DNA of 64,000 nt from an uncultured Candidatus Rokubacteria bacterium (GTDB taxonomy: Bacteria > Methylomirabilota > Methylomirabilia > Rokubacteriales > CSP1-6): positions 32,001 to 96,000 of the forward strand of contig CAVWFS010000011.1 of the NCBI GenBank assembly GCA_963754315.1, read 5' to 3'. The notes beneath the pieces were generated by a model. It saw only the letters and a program-made list of their open reading frames with translations. It did not search any database and was not told the origin of the DNA. Below, piece by piece: positions 37,953-47,943 of the stretch (the stretch's first letter is position 1; each line of letters starts with the position of its first letter). Position numbers and translations under genes: made by a program.

Positions 37953-38901
37953 CGGCGGAACTCGGGGAGGACGTGGCGAGCGATCAGCTCGATCACCTCG
38001 AGATCATCCTGATCGATGAGCTGCAGCATGAGCCGCTGGATACCCAGCTCCTCCCAGCGCTTGAGATCTCTGACCACCCGGTCGATCGAGCCGTAGAGGA
38101 ATCCCGCCGCGCGCCAGCTCGCCTCGTCGCCGGGCAGGCGAGGAAAGATCGAACAGGCCTTGCGTCGCCGGATCAGGACGTCGGCCGCCGACTGCCCCAC
38201 GATGATGGGGACCATCAGCGAACGGCGAATCGTCCTGCGCATCGCGCCCCACCTGACGGCCGTAGTCCTCGAGGAGGTTGCGCTTGGCGGCGAACCCGTC
38301 GAAGGTCACGCGGGTGATGTTCCACTCATCCGCGTGCTCGGCGATGATCCGCAAGGTTCGCTTCTCGCCGCCCCCGCCGATGATGAGTGGCACCGTTCCG
38401 CCGGGCGGGAGCGGGTAGCTCTCGGCGGCCTTCAGCGGATAGTACGGCTGGTCCAGGGTGACCGGACGGCCCTCCCACAGGGCGCGGATCGCGCGAGCTC
38501 CACATTCGAGCCGATCGAGCCGCTCCTTGACCGGGCGGGAAGGGGATGCCGAACATCGCGTGCTCGCCCTCGTGCCAGCCGGCGCCGATGCCCAGATCGA
38601 AGCGCCCTCCCGAGAGGTCGGCGATGGCGGCTGCCCGCTTGGCCAGCACGGCCGGCTGGTAGAAGGTGAGAGGCGACACGCAGGGGCCGAAGCGGATGCG
38701 TGAGGTCCCCGTGGCCAGCCAGGTCAGACACGCCCACGTCTCGAGCGAGGGGCGCTTTGCGTCGCCGAGCACCCCGGTGAGGTGGTCCGAGCGGAACAGG
38801 GCGTCGTAGCCGGCGTCCTCCACGGTGCGGGCGAGCCGCTGCCAGCGCGGCCAGGTGAGCCCCTCCTGCCCCTCGATCATGATGCCGAAGCTGAGCGCCA
38901 T
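37949..38901 (-). CDS. LLM-class (F420-dependent-type) oxidoreductase, interrupted by two +1 indels (~38534, ~38238)
   Basis: IMIEGQEGLTW, FRSDH, SGGRFDLGIGAGW, IIGGGGEKRTL, ADEWN are spread across three frames. Confidence 0.82.
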
Positions 38902-38976
38902 CATTCCTCCTGTGGAACACGGCGAAGATTGCGCCGCCGTGGCCACGCCCTTATCATAATTCCGTCAGGGGGGCCC

Positions 38977-41900
38977 ATGGCCATCAAGCACGACTTCTCG
39001 CTGGACGCCAAGTACCGTCAGCTCGAAGGTCAGATCTTCCTGTCGGGCATCCAGGCCCTGGTGCGGCTGCCGCTCGACCAGCACCGCGCCGACAAGCGAC
39101 GGGGGCTCAATACGGCCACCATGATCTCCGGCTATCGGGGCTCACCTCTCGGCGGCCTCGATCTCACCCTGGAGCGCAACCCGGACCTCCTGCGCGAGCA
39201 CAACGTCACGTTCGTGTCGGGGGTCAACGAGGACCTCGGGGCCACCGTGGTCTTCGGCAGCCAGCTCGCCAACCTGTTCCCGAACCCGAAGTACGATGGC
39301 GTGCTCGGCATGTGGTACGGCAAGGGGCCGGGTGTGGACCGTACGGGCGACATCTTCAAGCACGCCAACTACGCCGGCGTGGGCAAGAACGGCGGCGTGC
39401 TAGCGCTCGGCGGAGACGATCCCTTCTCCAAGTCGTCGACCCTGCCCACCCACTCCGAAGTGGCATTCTCCGACGCCCTATTCCCGGTGGTCTTCCCCGG
39501 CAACGTCCAGGAGATTCTCGATCTCGGTCGGCTCGGCTTCGAGCTGTCGCGGTATTCGGGCCTCTGGGTCGGTTTCAAGATCGTCACCAACGTGGCCGAC
39601 GAGATCGGCACCGCGCTGATCGGGCCCACCCGCATCACCGTCCGCGATCCCGGCTTCCTCTACGGGGGCCAACCGTGGCATCCCACGCAGAACACGACCT
39701 TGCTGCCGCCATTCTCCCTGGACATCGAGCGCGAGATCCACTACGGGCGGCTGGAGGCGGCCAAAGCGTTCGCGGCCGTCAACGGGCTCAACACGATCAC
39801 CGTACCGACCGCCAAGGCCTGGCTCGGCATCGCCGCCCCCGGCAAGACCTACTACGATCTGCGCGAGGCTCTCCTCGAGCTTGGTCTGGACGACACCGCT
39901 CTCGAGCGCTACGGCATCCGGCTGCTGCGTATCGGCATGCTGTTTCCCATGGAGCCGGGCATCGTGCGCGAGTTCGCCCGCGGCCTCGAGGAGGTCCTCG
40001 TCGTCGAGGAAAAGCGGGCCTTCGTCGAGCTCTTCATCCGCGATGTTCTCTACAACCTGAATGAGCGCCCCGTGGTCGTCGGCAAGCGCGACCTCACCGA
40101 CCGACCCCTGGTGCCCGCCAATGGCGAGCTGGATGCCGATCGGATCGCCCTCATCGTCGCCTCCCGTCTCGAGCGCAAGGTCCAGCTCGGTTCCATCACG
40201 GCCCGGGTGGCCTTGCTGGAAGCGCTGCGCGAGCGGCCGGCGCCGCTGACCATCGCGCGGCAGGCGTTTTTCTGCTCGGGCTGTCCGCACAATCGTTCGA
40301 CGGTCGTCCCCGACGGCTCCATGGCCAGTGCCGGCATTGGCTGCCACGGCATGGTACTGGCCTTGCCCGAACGTCGGACTCTCGGTCTCACCCACATGGG
40401 CGGCGAGGGCGCGCAGTGGGTGGGGATGGCGCCGTTCACCGAGACCCCGCACATGTTCCAGAACATCGGAGACGGGACCTTCTTTCATTCGGGCTCGCTG
40501 GCCATCCGCCAGGCAGTGGCGGCGGGCACCCACATGACCTACAAGATCCTCTACAACTCTGCGGTGGCGATGACCGGGGGCCAGGACGCGGCGGGGGCGA
40601 TGCCGGTGCCCGAGCTGACCCGCACGCTCGAGGCGGAGGGCGTCAAGAAGATCCTGGTGGTGACGGACGAGCCCGAAAAGTATCCGTCAGACACGGCGTG
40701 GGCCAAGGGCGTCGAGGTCTGGCACCGCGACCGTCTGGACGAGGCGCAGCGGGTCCTGCGGGAGGTCCCCGGCGTCACCGTCCTCGTCTACGACCAGCGC
40801 TGCGCGGCCGAGAAGCGCCGCCTGCGCAAGCGCGGCAAGCTGCCCGACCCGGCCCAGCGCGTTTACATCAACGAGGCCGTCTGCGAGGGCTGCGGTGACT
40901 GCGGCGTGAAGAGCAACTGTCTGTCCGTGCACCCGGTGGAGACGGAGTTCGGGCGCAAGACGCAGATCCACCAATCGTCCTGCAACAAGGACTACTCGTG
41001 CTTGCGGGGTGACTGCCCGTCGTTCCTGACCGTGGTGCCCCTCGGCGAGCCAACCAAGAAGGAGCGCAAGCTCTACAAGGTCGAGCGTACACTCCCGGCG
41101 CCGACCCTGCGGGTTCCCGCTCAGTCCAACGTCTACATGATGGGCATCGGCGGCACGGGTGTGGTCACGGTCAACCAGATCCTGGGCACGGCCGCCCTCC
41201 TCGAGGGCAAGCATGTCCGAGGCCTCGACCAGACCGGCCTCAGCCAGAAAGGCGGACCCGTCGTTTCCCACCTGAAGATCGCCAGCGCGCCGCACGAGGG
41301 CTCCAACAAGATCGCCGCCGGCGAGGCCGACTGTTATCTCGGCTTCGACATCCTGGTGGCCACATCCGCCGTGAACCTCGATCACGCAGGGCCGGAGCGG
41401 ACCATCGCCGTCGTTTCCACCAGTCAGGTCCCGACGGGGGCTATGGTCACGCACACCGACGTGCACTTTCCCGAGACCAACGGCCTGCTGCAATCCATCA
41501 ACCGGCTGACCCGCAAGGACGAGAACGTCTATCTCGACGCCCTCGGGCTGGCCGAGCAGCTCTTCGGCGACCACATGGCCGCCAACCTGATCGTGCTCGG
41601 GGCGGCCTACCAGGCGGGGGCCATCGCCGTGAGCGCGGAGGCCATCGAAGAGGCGATTGTGCTCAACGGCGTCTCCGTGACGATGAACACCCATGCCTTC
41701 CGGGCTGGACGCCTGGCCGTGCTGGAGCCGGCCGCCCTCGAGCGTGAGCGGAAGCCGCGGCTCGGCGCGGTGGCGGTGACACCCGCGCTGAGCGCCGAGG
41801 CGCGCGCCCTCGTGGAGGGGGTGGGCGCCTCGGGGGAGCTCGGGCGGCTGCTGAGCATCCGTGTGCCGGAGCTGATCGCCTACCAGAGCGTGGCGTACGC

Positions 41901-42435
41901 GCGGGAGTACACGGAGTTTGTCAAGCGGACCTTGGCGGCGGAGCCTGACGGCCGCTCGGCCTTCAGCGAAGGGGTGGCCCGCAATCTCTTCAAACTCATG
42001 GCGTACAAGGACGAGTACGAGGTGGCGCGCTTGCACCTGGCCAGCTCCCTGTCTGCTCAGCTCGCCGCGGAGTATCCGAGCGGCGTCCGCCTGCACTATC
42101 ACCTGCATCCGCCAATCCTGCGAGCGCTCGGCTGGCAGAAGAAGATCAAGCTCGGCACCTGGTTCAACGGCGTCTTCCGCCTGCTGGCAACGATGAAGGG
42201 CCTGCGCGGCACCCCCCTCGATCCCTTCGGCCGCGCCGAGGTGCGCCGGGTGGAGCGCGCTCTCATCGGCGAGTACCGCGGCTGGCTCGAGAAGGCGATG
42301 GCCGGCCTCTCGCCCGAGAGCTACGAGCGGGCGGTGAAGCTCGCCACCCTTCCCGATCTGATCCGTGGCTACGAAGACGTCAAGCTCGAGAGCGTCAAGC
42401 GCTTCCGTCACGAGGTCCGGGCCCTTGGCTTCTGA
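38977..42435 (+). CDS. Fused indolepyruvate/aromatic 2-oxoacid:ferredoxin oxidoreductase
   Basis: SGYRGSPLGG, WYGKGPGVDR, FCSGCPHN, MGGEGAQW, GDGTFFHSG, CEGCGDC, CNKDYSC...CP, KLMAYKDEYEVAR. Confidence 0.95.
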   Translation: MAIKHDFSLDAKYRQLEGQIFLSGIQALVRLPLDQHRADKRRGLNTATMISGYRGSPLGGLDLTLERNPDLLREHNVTFVSGVNEDLGATVVFGSQLANLFPNPKYDGVLGMWYGKGPGVDRTGDIFKHANYAGVGKNGGVLALGGDDPFSKSSTLPTHSEVAFSDALFPVVFPGNVQEILDLGRLGFELSRYSGLWVGFKIVTNVADEIGTALIGPTRITVRDPGFLYGGQPWHPTQNTTLLPPFSLDIEREIHYGRLEAAKAFAAVNGLNTITVPTAKAWLGIAAPGKTYYDLREALLELGLDDTALERYGIRLLRIGMLFPMEPGIVREFARGLEEVLVVEEKRAFVELFIRDVLYNLNERPVVVGKRDLTDRPLVPANGELDADRIALIVASRLERKVQLGSITARVALLEALRERPAPLTIARQAFFCSGCPHNRSTVVPDGSMASAGIGCHGMVLALPERRTLGLTHMGGEGAQWVGMAPFTETPHMFQNIGDGTFFHSGSLAIRQAVAAGTHMTYKILYNSAVAMTGGQDAAGAMPVPELTRTLEAEGVKKILVVTDEPEKYPSDTAWAKGVEVWHRDRLDEAQRVLREVPGVTVLVYDQRCAAEKRRLRKRGKLPDPAQRVYINEAVCEGCGDCGVKSNCLSVHPVETEFGRKTQIHQSSCNKDYSCLRGDCPSFLTVVPLGEPTKKERKLYKVERTLPAPTLRVPAQSNVYMMGIGGTGVVTVNQILGTAALLEGKHVRGLDQTGLSQKGGPVVSHLKIASAPHEGSNKIAAGEADCYLGFDILVATSAVNLDHAGPERTIAVVSTSQVPTGAMVTHTDVHFPETNGLLQSINRLTRKDENVYLDALGLAEQLFGDHMAANLIVLGAAYQAGAIAVSAEAIEEAIVLNGVSVTMNTHAFRAGRLAVLEPAALERERKPRLGAVAVTPALSAEARALVEGVGASGELGRLLSIRVPELIAYQSVAYAREYTEFVKRTLAAEPDGRSAFSEGVARNLFKLMAYKDEYEVARLHLASSLSAQLAAEYPSGVRLHYHLHPPILRALGWQKKIKLGTWFNGVFRLLATMKGLRGTPLDPFGRAEVRRVERALIGEYRGWLEKAMAGLSPESYERAVKLATLPDLIRGYEDVKLESVKRFRHEVRALGF

Positions 42436-42739
42436 GACCGTCGTCGAGACAGGAGAGCATCGCGGAACGTTCTTCCGGGTCCTCCAGCGGACCGCGCAGA
42501 GCCAAACGGCGGTGATGACCATTGCGCCTGGCGCGGACGGCGGCCCCGAAGAGGAGCATGACGGCGATCAGATCATCTACGTCGTCGAGGGCGACGCGAT
42601 CGTCCGCGTGGCGGGTGAGGAACAGCGCGCAGGTCCCGGGGCGCTCGTCATGATTCCCGCCCACTCTCGCCACCACGTGCGCAACCCCGGGCGGACGCCG
42701 CTCTTCTTCGTCACCGTGTACGCGCCGCCCGCCTACTGA
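42425..42739 (+). CDS. Small cupin domain protein
   Basis: AVMTIAPG, EEHDGDQIIYVVEG, IPAHSRHHV, TVYAPPAY. The TTG start overlaps the IOR end. Confidence 0.85.
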   Translation: MASETVVETGEHRGTFFRVLQRTAQSQTAVMTIAPGADGGPEEEHDGDQIIYVVEGDAIVRVAGEEQRAGPGALVMIPAHSRHHVRNPGRTPLFFVTVYAPPAY

Positions 42740-42746
42740 GCGCTGC

Positions 42747-42764
42747 CCGGGGGCGCCCCCCGGA
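42747..42764. terminator. GC hairpin between convergent genes
   Basis: CCGGGGG-CG-CCCCCCGG dyad, no U-tract. Confidence 0.35.
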
Positions 42765-42786
42765 TCCGCTGAGCTTCCGACGACGA

Positions 42787-43215
42787 TCAGTCCTCGGCGG
42801 TGCGGGTGCGCAGGCGCTTGATCTCGCCGTGGCGCTTCTTTTCGCTGATCCGCCGCTCCTCGGCAGCCCGCGTGGGCACGGTGGGGCGTCGCCGACGGGG
42901 ACGCTTGAGGGCGGCGTGCACGAGGCCCCGGACCTTGTCACGAGCGTCCTCGAGGTTGCGGGCCTGCGTGCGGGTGGCCTGGCTCGTCACCACCAGGCGA
43001 CCCCGCGCATCCAGCCGGCGGCGCGCGAGCGCGCGTAGCCGTGCCTGCTGGTCGGGGGCAAGCCCTTCGATGGCGTCCAGATCGACCTCGAGGAGCACCT
43101 TGGTGGCCACTCGGTTGACGTTCTGCCCGCCCGGACCGGACGCGCGCACGGCACGCATGCTGAGCGCGTGGCCGGGGACGCGGACCGTGTCGGTGATGAT
43201 GATCGGCGCGCTCAT
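42787..43215 (-). CDS. arfB: Ribosome-rescue peptidyl-tRNA hydrolase ArfB (YaeJ)
   Basis: RASGPGGQNVN, RTQARN, basic tail PRRRRPTVPT...KKRHGEIKRLR. Confidence 0.93.
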   Translation of the reverse strand: MSAPIIITDTVRVPGHALSMRAVRASGPGGQNVNRVATKVLLEVDLDAIEGLAPDQQARLRALARRRLDARGRLVVTSQATRTQARNLEDARDKVRGLVHAALKRPRRRRPTVPTRAAEERRISEKKRHGEIKRLRTRTAED

Positions 43216-43259
43216 GCCGACATTGTAGCCCTCGTCGGCCGGCCCCATAATCGAGACGT
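43216..43259. promoter_or_regulatory. Back-to-back leaderless promoters (arfB / adenine deaminase)
   Basis: Minus strand: TACAAT-6nt-ATG. Plus strand: CATAAT-8nt-ATG. Confidence 0.6.
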
Positions 43260-44972
43260 ATGAACGTCGCGTTCCGCCGTGCGCTGACCGCGGTCGCGCG
43301 CGGGCAGGCCCACGCCGATCTCTACGTCCGGGGTGGCACCCTGCTCAACGTCTACACGGGCGAGCTCTATCCCGCCAACGTCGCCACCCGCGGCGAGCGC
43401 GTCGCCTACGTCGGGCTGCGCCACGAGATGATCGGGCCCCGCACCAGAGTGGTCGAGGTACCGGGCCGCATCCTGGTGCCGGGGTACATCGACCCCCACG
43501 TGCATCCCACCCATTTGCTCACCCCCTCGGCCTTCGCGCGCCACCTCTTGCCGCTCGGCACCACGACGCTCTTCGCCGACAGCTTGCAGATCTGGGAGCT
43601 GGGCGGCCTGCGCGCCTTCCGAACGGTGGCGTCCACCCTGGCGCGCTCGCCGCTCAAGTTCTACTGGATGATCCGGGTGCACGCGCAGTCGCGCACCACC
43701 GACGAGCCGCGGCGCTTCGCCCTGCGCGACCTCGCGCGCGCGCTCGCCCACCCTTGGGTGGTGGCCGCCGGGGAAGTGACGCGCTGGCCGGACGTCCACG
43801 ACGGCGCTCCGTACCTGCTGGCCCGCTTGGCCCTCGCCCAGCAGCGCGGCCAGCGGGTGGAGGGACACGCCGCCGGCGCCTCCGCCGAGCGCCTGGCGGC
43901 CGTTGCCGCGGGTGGATTCACCTCGGATCACGAGCCCATCACCGCGCGCGAGGTGCTCGAGCGCGCGCGGCAGGGAATTGCGGTCATGCTGCGCGAGTCG
44001 TCGCTGCGCCCGGATCTGCGCGGGCTGCTCGATGCGCTCAAGGAGGCGCCGGGGCTGGCCTCGCGCGTGATGCTGACTGCCGACGGCTCCATGCCGGCGT
44101 TCATTCGCGACCATGGCTTCGTCGATCACCTGATCCGGGTCGCGCTCGAGCGTGGCGTGCCGCCGATCGACGCCTATCGCATGGCCACCTTGAACCCGGC
44201 CACCTACTTCGGGCTGGACTCCGATCTCGGAGGCATCGCGCCCGGCCGCTACGCCGACGTGGCCATCCTGAGCGATCTGAGCGAGCCGCGCCCGGAGACC
44301 GTCATCGCGCGCGGACGGGTGGCGGCCACGGGCGGCCGGCTGCAGGTGCGCGTGCCGGAGCCCGTCTGGTCGCGAGTGTTCACGTCGGAGCGGTCCCGGC
44401 TCATGGTGCGGTGGCGTGCGCGTCCGGAGGACTTCGCGCTCCCCGCCCGCGCGCGCTATCCGGTCGTGCGGCTCGTGAGCGCGGTCATCACCAAGCTGGA
44501 AGAGCGCCCGCTGGCGGATGGCGATCTCTTCGGGGCCCTGCTCGATCGCCGAGGACACTGGACGGCGCCGGGCCCGGTGGCTGGCTTCGCCGAGCGGCTC
44601 GACGGCCTCGCCTCGACCATCACGACCGACTTCAATATTCTGACGGTGGGACGTCGTCGGGAGTCTATGGCGCACGCGGTCAATCGTGTGCTCGCCCTCG
44701 GGGGCGGGATCGTCATCGTCGACGCCGACCGGATCGCCTACGAGCTGCCGCTGCGCCTCGGCGGGGTCATGACGCGCGGCACTCTTCCCGAGGTGGCCGG
44801 TCAGGAGGACGCGTTGCGCGCGGCCCTCGAGGCCAGGGGGTATCCCTTTCACGATCCTCTCTTCACCTTGTTCTTTCTCGCGGCCGACTTCTTGCCATCG
44901 GTGCGACTCACGCCGCGGGGCGTATGGGACGTCAAGCGGGGCAGAGTGCTGTTGCCGTCGCGGCGCCGCTGA
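43260..44972 (+). CDS. Adenine deaminase family amidohydrolase (YerA-like)
   Basis: PGYIDPHVHP, EGH, SDHE, TADG, AYRMATLNPA, GGIAPGRYAD, LPLRLGGVM. Confidence 0.88.
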   Translation: MNVAFRRALTAVARGQAHADLYVRGGTLLNVYTGELYPANVATRGERVAYVGLRHEMIGPRTRVVEVPGRILVPGYIDPHVHPTHLLTPSAFARHLLPLGTTTLFADSLQIWELGGLRAFRTVASTLARSPLKFYWMIRVHAQSRTTDEPRRFALRDLARALAHPWVVAAGEVTRWPDVHDGAPYLLARLALAQQRGQRVEGHAAGASAERLAAVAAGGFTSDHEPITAREVLERARQGIAVMLRESSLRPDLRGLLDALKEAPGLASRVMLTADGSMPAFIRDHGFVDHLIRVALERGVPPIDAYRMATLNPATYFGLDSDLGGIAPGRYADVAILSDLSEPRPETVIARGRVAATGGRLQVRVPEPVWSRVFTSERSRLMVRWRARPEDFALPARARYPVVRLVSAVITKLEERPLADGDLFGALLDRRGHWTAPGPVAGFAERLDGLASTITTDFNILTVGRRRESMAHAVNRVLALGGGIVIVDADRIAYELPLRLGGVMTRGTLPEVAGQEDALRAALEARGYPFHDPLFTLFFLAADFLPSVRLTPRGVWDVKRGRVLLPSRRR

Positions 44973-44978
44973 GCCTCC

Positions 44979-46235
44979 GTGGCTCGACGCCAGCGCCGAT
45001 TCGCCCTCATCGTCCTCGGCGTGGCCGCCGTCAGCGCGGTCCTCGCCTTTCCCGTCCGTGGCACGTGGTGGGGTGGGTGGATCCTCGCCATCGCCGAGGC
45101 CGGCATCGTGGGCGGGCTGGCCGACTGGTTCGCCGTTACCGCGATCTTCCGGCGGCCCCTCGGGCTGCCTATCCCGCACACCGGTCTCATCCCCGCCAAC
45201 TGGGAATTGATGGCGGCCCGCGTCGGCACCATGGTCGGCGATCGCGTGCTCACCCAGCGCTATCTCAAGGACGAACTCTCCACGCTCGATCTGGGCGACG
45301 CCCTCGCTCGTCTGTCAGCCCGGGTGACGCGCGACGATTTGCAGAACGCGACCCGGCTCGTCTCGCGCTGGCTGGCCGAGCAGGTCCCACCGCAGGCGAT
45401 CGGCGAGCTGCTCGAGCGTCTCCGCCAGCTTCTGCTCGCTCGGCCGTGGGCGCCGAGGCTGGCGGCGGCGCTCGACTTCGCGCGAGAGCGCCGGTGGGAC
45501 GAGGGGTTCATCGCGTCGGCCTCCCGCGCGCTGGCAGATGTGCTGGAGCGTCCGGCCGTGGGCGCGGTGATCGCCGATCTGGTCGACGATCTGCTCCAGC
45601 GCTACCGGGACAGCGTGGCTGGATACTCTCGCTTCTGGCTCGGGCTCGCCGATCTGCTCGGCCTCATCGATCGTCGGCGAATCGTGTCGGCCCTGCGGGC
45701 CGGCGTGCGGGAGATCGCGGAAGACCCGCAGCATCCCTTCCGCCGCCGGCTGCTGGTCGCCCTGATCACGTTCGCGGGCCGGCTGCGGGCCGAGCCTGCG
45801 CTGGCGGCCCGGGTGGAGGAGGCAGTGCGCGCCATGCTGGAGAGCCAGACGCTCGTGGCGCTCCTCGACGATGTGGCCGGTGCGCTGCGGCGTCTGTTGC
45901 TCGTCGATGTCGGACGTCAACATTCGGAGCTGATCGAGTGGGTGGCGGATCGGCTCGAGCGGGCGCGGCTGGGGGTGATCGCCGACGAGGAACTGCGCCA
46001 CGACCTCGACCGCTGGATGAAGGCGCGGATCATCGAGCTGCTCGATCGCTACCACGGGCGCATCGCGGAGATCATCGAGAAGGGTGTGCTGGCCCTCGGG
46101 CCCGACGGTGCCGTGCGGCTCATCGAGGAGCATGCCGGCGACGATCTTCAATACATCCGGGTCAACGGCACGCTGGTGGGCGGGCTCGCCGGGGGGGCGA
46201 TCTACGCCCTGCACCTGCTGCTGCGGGGCGCGTAA
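44979..46235 (+). CDS. DUF445 family membrane protein
   Basis: AEAGIVGGLADWFAVTAIFRRPLGLPIPHT and DLQYIRVNGTLVGG. Confidence 0.92.
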   Translation: MARRQRRFALIVLGVAAVSAVLAFPVRGTWWGGWILAIAEAGIVGGLADWFAVTAIFRRPLGLPIPHTGLIPANWELMAARVGTMVGDRVLTQRYLKDELSTLDLGDALARLSARVTRDDLQNATRLVSRWLAEQVPPQAIGELLERLRQLLLARPWAPRLAAALDFARERRWDEGFIASASRALADVLERPAVGAVIADLVDDLLQRYRDSVAGYSRFWLGLADLLGLIDRRRIVSALRAGVREIAEDPQHPFRRRLLVALITFAGRLRAEPALAARVEEAVRAMLESQTLVALLDDVAGALRRLLLVDVGRQHSELIEWVADRLERARLGVIADEELRHDLDRWMKARIIELLDRYHGRIAEIIEKGVLALGPDGAVRLIEEHAGDDLQYIRVNGTLVGGLAGGAIYALHLLLRGA

Positions 46236-46313
46236 CGAGGGCGCGTCGCGTTGTCGCCCCTCGGGTTTTCACGTACACTGATTTCCCATCTGATCTTCAG
46301 CGGGGAGGAATCC

Positions 46314-47930
46314 ATGTCGTCACGAGTGAGAGCGACGACGGCCATCGCCGCCGTCGGGGCCGCACTGGTTGGCCTCCTGACCTTCACGCCGGCGGTGAGC
46401 CAGACCCCCAAGGCCGGCGGGGTCATGAACGTCATGCAGCGCGAAGACTTGCCACAGGGCTTTTCCATCCACGAGACGGCCACCATCTCCACGGTGTGGC
46501 CGAGCATGCCCTGCTTCAACAACCTGGTCCTGTTCGATCCCCTGAAGAAGATCGAGAGCGTGGACACCATCATCGGTGAGCTGGCCGAACGGTGGTCGTG
46601 GCAGGACAACTACCGGAACCTGGTCTTCTTTCTGCGCAAGAACGTGAAATGGCACGATGGCCAACCCTTCACCGCCAAGGATGTCAAGTACACCTTCGAC
46701 ATGGTCCGCGAGGCACCCGACGCGGCGGGCAAGCTGCGGCTCAATCCGCGCAAGGACTGGTACGCCAACGTGGAGGCCATCGAGGCGGCTGATCCCTACA
46801 CGGTGGTGTTTCGCCTGAAGCGTCCGCAGCCGTCGCTGCTGATGCTGCTGGCCTCGGGGTACACGCCGGTCTATCCGGCCCACGTGCCGGTGGCCGAGTT
46901 CCGCACCAAGTGCATCGGGACGGGGCCCTTCAAGGTGAAGGAGTGGAAGAAGGGCGAGTCGGTCGAGTACGTCAAGAACCCCGACTACTTCGTCAAGGGC
47001 CGTCCCTATCTCGATGGTCTCAAGTACGTGGTGATCGTCGAGCGTGGCACGAAGTTCGCCGCCCTCCAGGCGGGTCGTCTCGATGCCTCCTTCCCGGGTG
47101 ACGCCACCAAGACCATCGCCGAGCAAGTCGTCAAGGCGGAGCCGCGCATCACGCTGACCGTCAATGGCCAGAACGTGAACGACAACCTGCTCCTCAACGC
47201 CACCAAGCCGCCCTTCAACAACGTCAAGCTCCGGCAGGCCATGAGCCTGGCCATCGACCGCACGGCCTACGTGAAAGCGGTGCACCAGGGCGGCGCCGAG
47301 GTGGGTGCCTCCATGCAGCCCAAGCCCTTTGGCGTGTGGGGATTGCTGGGCAAGGATCTGACGAACCTCATCGGATACGGCAAAGTCGCTGACGACAAAG
47401 CCAAGGCCCGCAAGCTGCTCGCCGAGGCCGGCTACACCGCGAGCAACCCGCTCCGCATCGAGATGGCGGCCCGAGCCATTCCCCAGTACATCGACTTCGC
47501 GTCCTTCGTGATCAGCGAATTCAAGACGGTGGGGGTGGAGTCGACCCTGAAGCAGATAGAGTCGGCCCAGTGGCATCCACTGGCCACCCGCAAGGATTAC
47601 CAGGCCGGGCCGAACCTGACTGGCATCGGCGTGGACGATCCCGACGCCAACTTCTTCGAGAATTTCGCCTGCGGCTCGCCGCGCAACTACACCGGCTACT
47701 GCAACGAGCAGGTGGAGAAGGTGATGGCCCAGCAGTCACAGGAGCTCGATCCGAAGAAGCGCGTGCTGCTGGTGGCGCAGATCCAGCGTGCCCTCGAGGA
47801 GGACGCGGCGCGGCCCACCGTGGGCTGGCGGCTCGAGTACTACACGCACTGGAACTACGTGAAGAACCTCGTGCCTCACCAGTCGATCTACAACTGGGGT
47901 CGCATGCAGGAAGTCTGGCTCGACAAGTAG
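46314..47930 (+). CDS. Peptide/nickel ABC transporter substrate-binding protein (family 5)
   Basis: Signal peptide; LAERW, KWHDGQPFTAKDVKYT, GTGPF, NPDYFVKGRPYLD; GGAGG RBS. Confidence 0.93.
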   Translation: MSSRVRATTAIAAVGAALVGLLTFTPAVSQTPKAGGVMNVMQREDLPQGFSIHETATISTVWPSMPCFNNLVLFDPLKKIESVDTIIGELAERWSWQDNYRNLVFFLRKNVKWHDGQPFTAKDVKYTFDMVREAPDAAGKLRLNPRKDWYANVEAIEAADPYTVVFRLKRPQPSLLMLLASGYTPVYPAHVPVAEFRTKCIGTGPFKVKEWKKGESVEYVKNPDYFVKGRPYLDGLKYVVIVERGTKFAALQAGRLDASFPGDATKTIAEQVVKAEPRITLTVNGQNVNDNLLLNATKPPFNNVKLRQAMSLAIDRTAYVKAVHQGGAEVGASMQPKPFGVWGLLGKDLTNLIGYGKVADDKAKARKLLAEAGYTASNPLRIEMAARAIPQYIDFASFVISEFKTVGVESTLKQIESAQWHPLATRKDYQAGPNLTGIGVDDPDANFFENFACGSPRNYTGYCNEQVEKVMAQQSQELDPKKRVLLVAQIQRALEEDAARPTVGWRLEYYTHWNYVKNLVPHQSIYNWGRMQEVWLDK

Positions 47931-47943
47931 GGGGAAGCCCGCC

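Noticed and set aside
43754..46579. 941-aa alternative-frame ORF and other long shadow ORFs (e.g. 3224-4729, 40687-42522, 43212-45179)
   Set aside because: They are Arg/Gly/Ala-rich with no motifs and overlap well-supported genes, as expected from high-GC codon bias.
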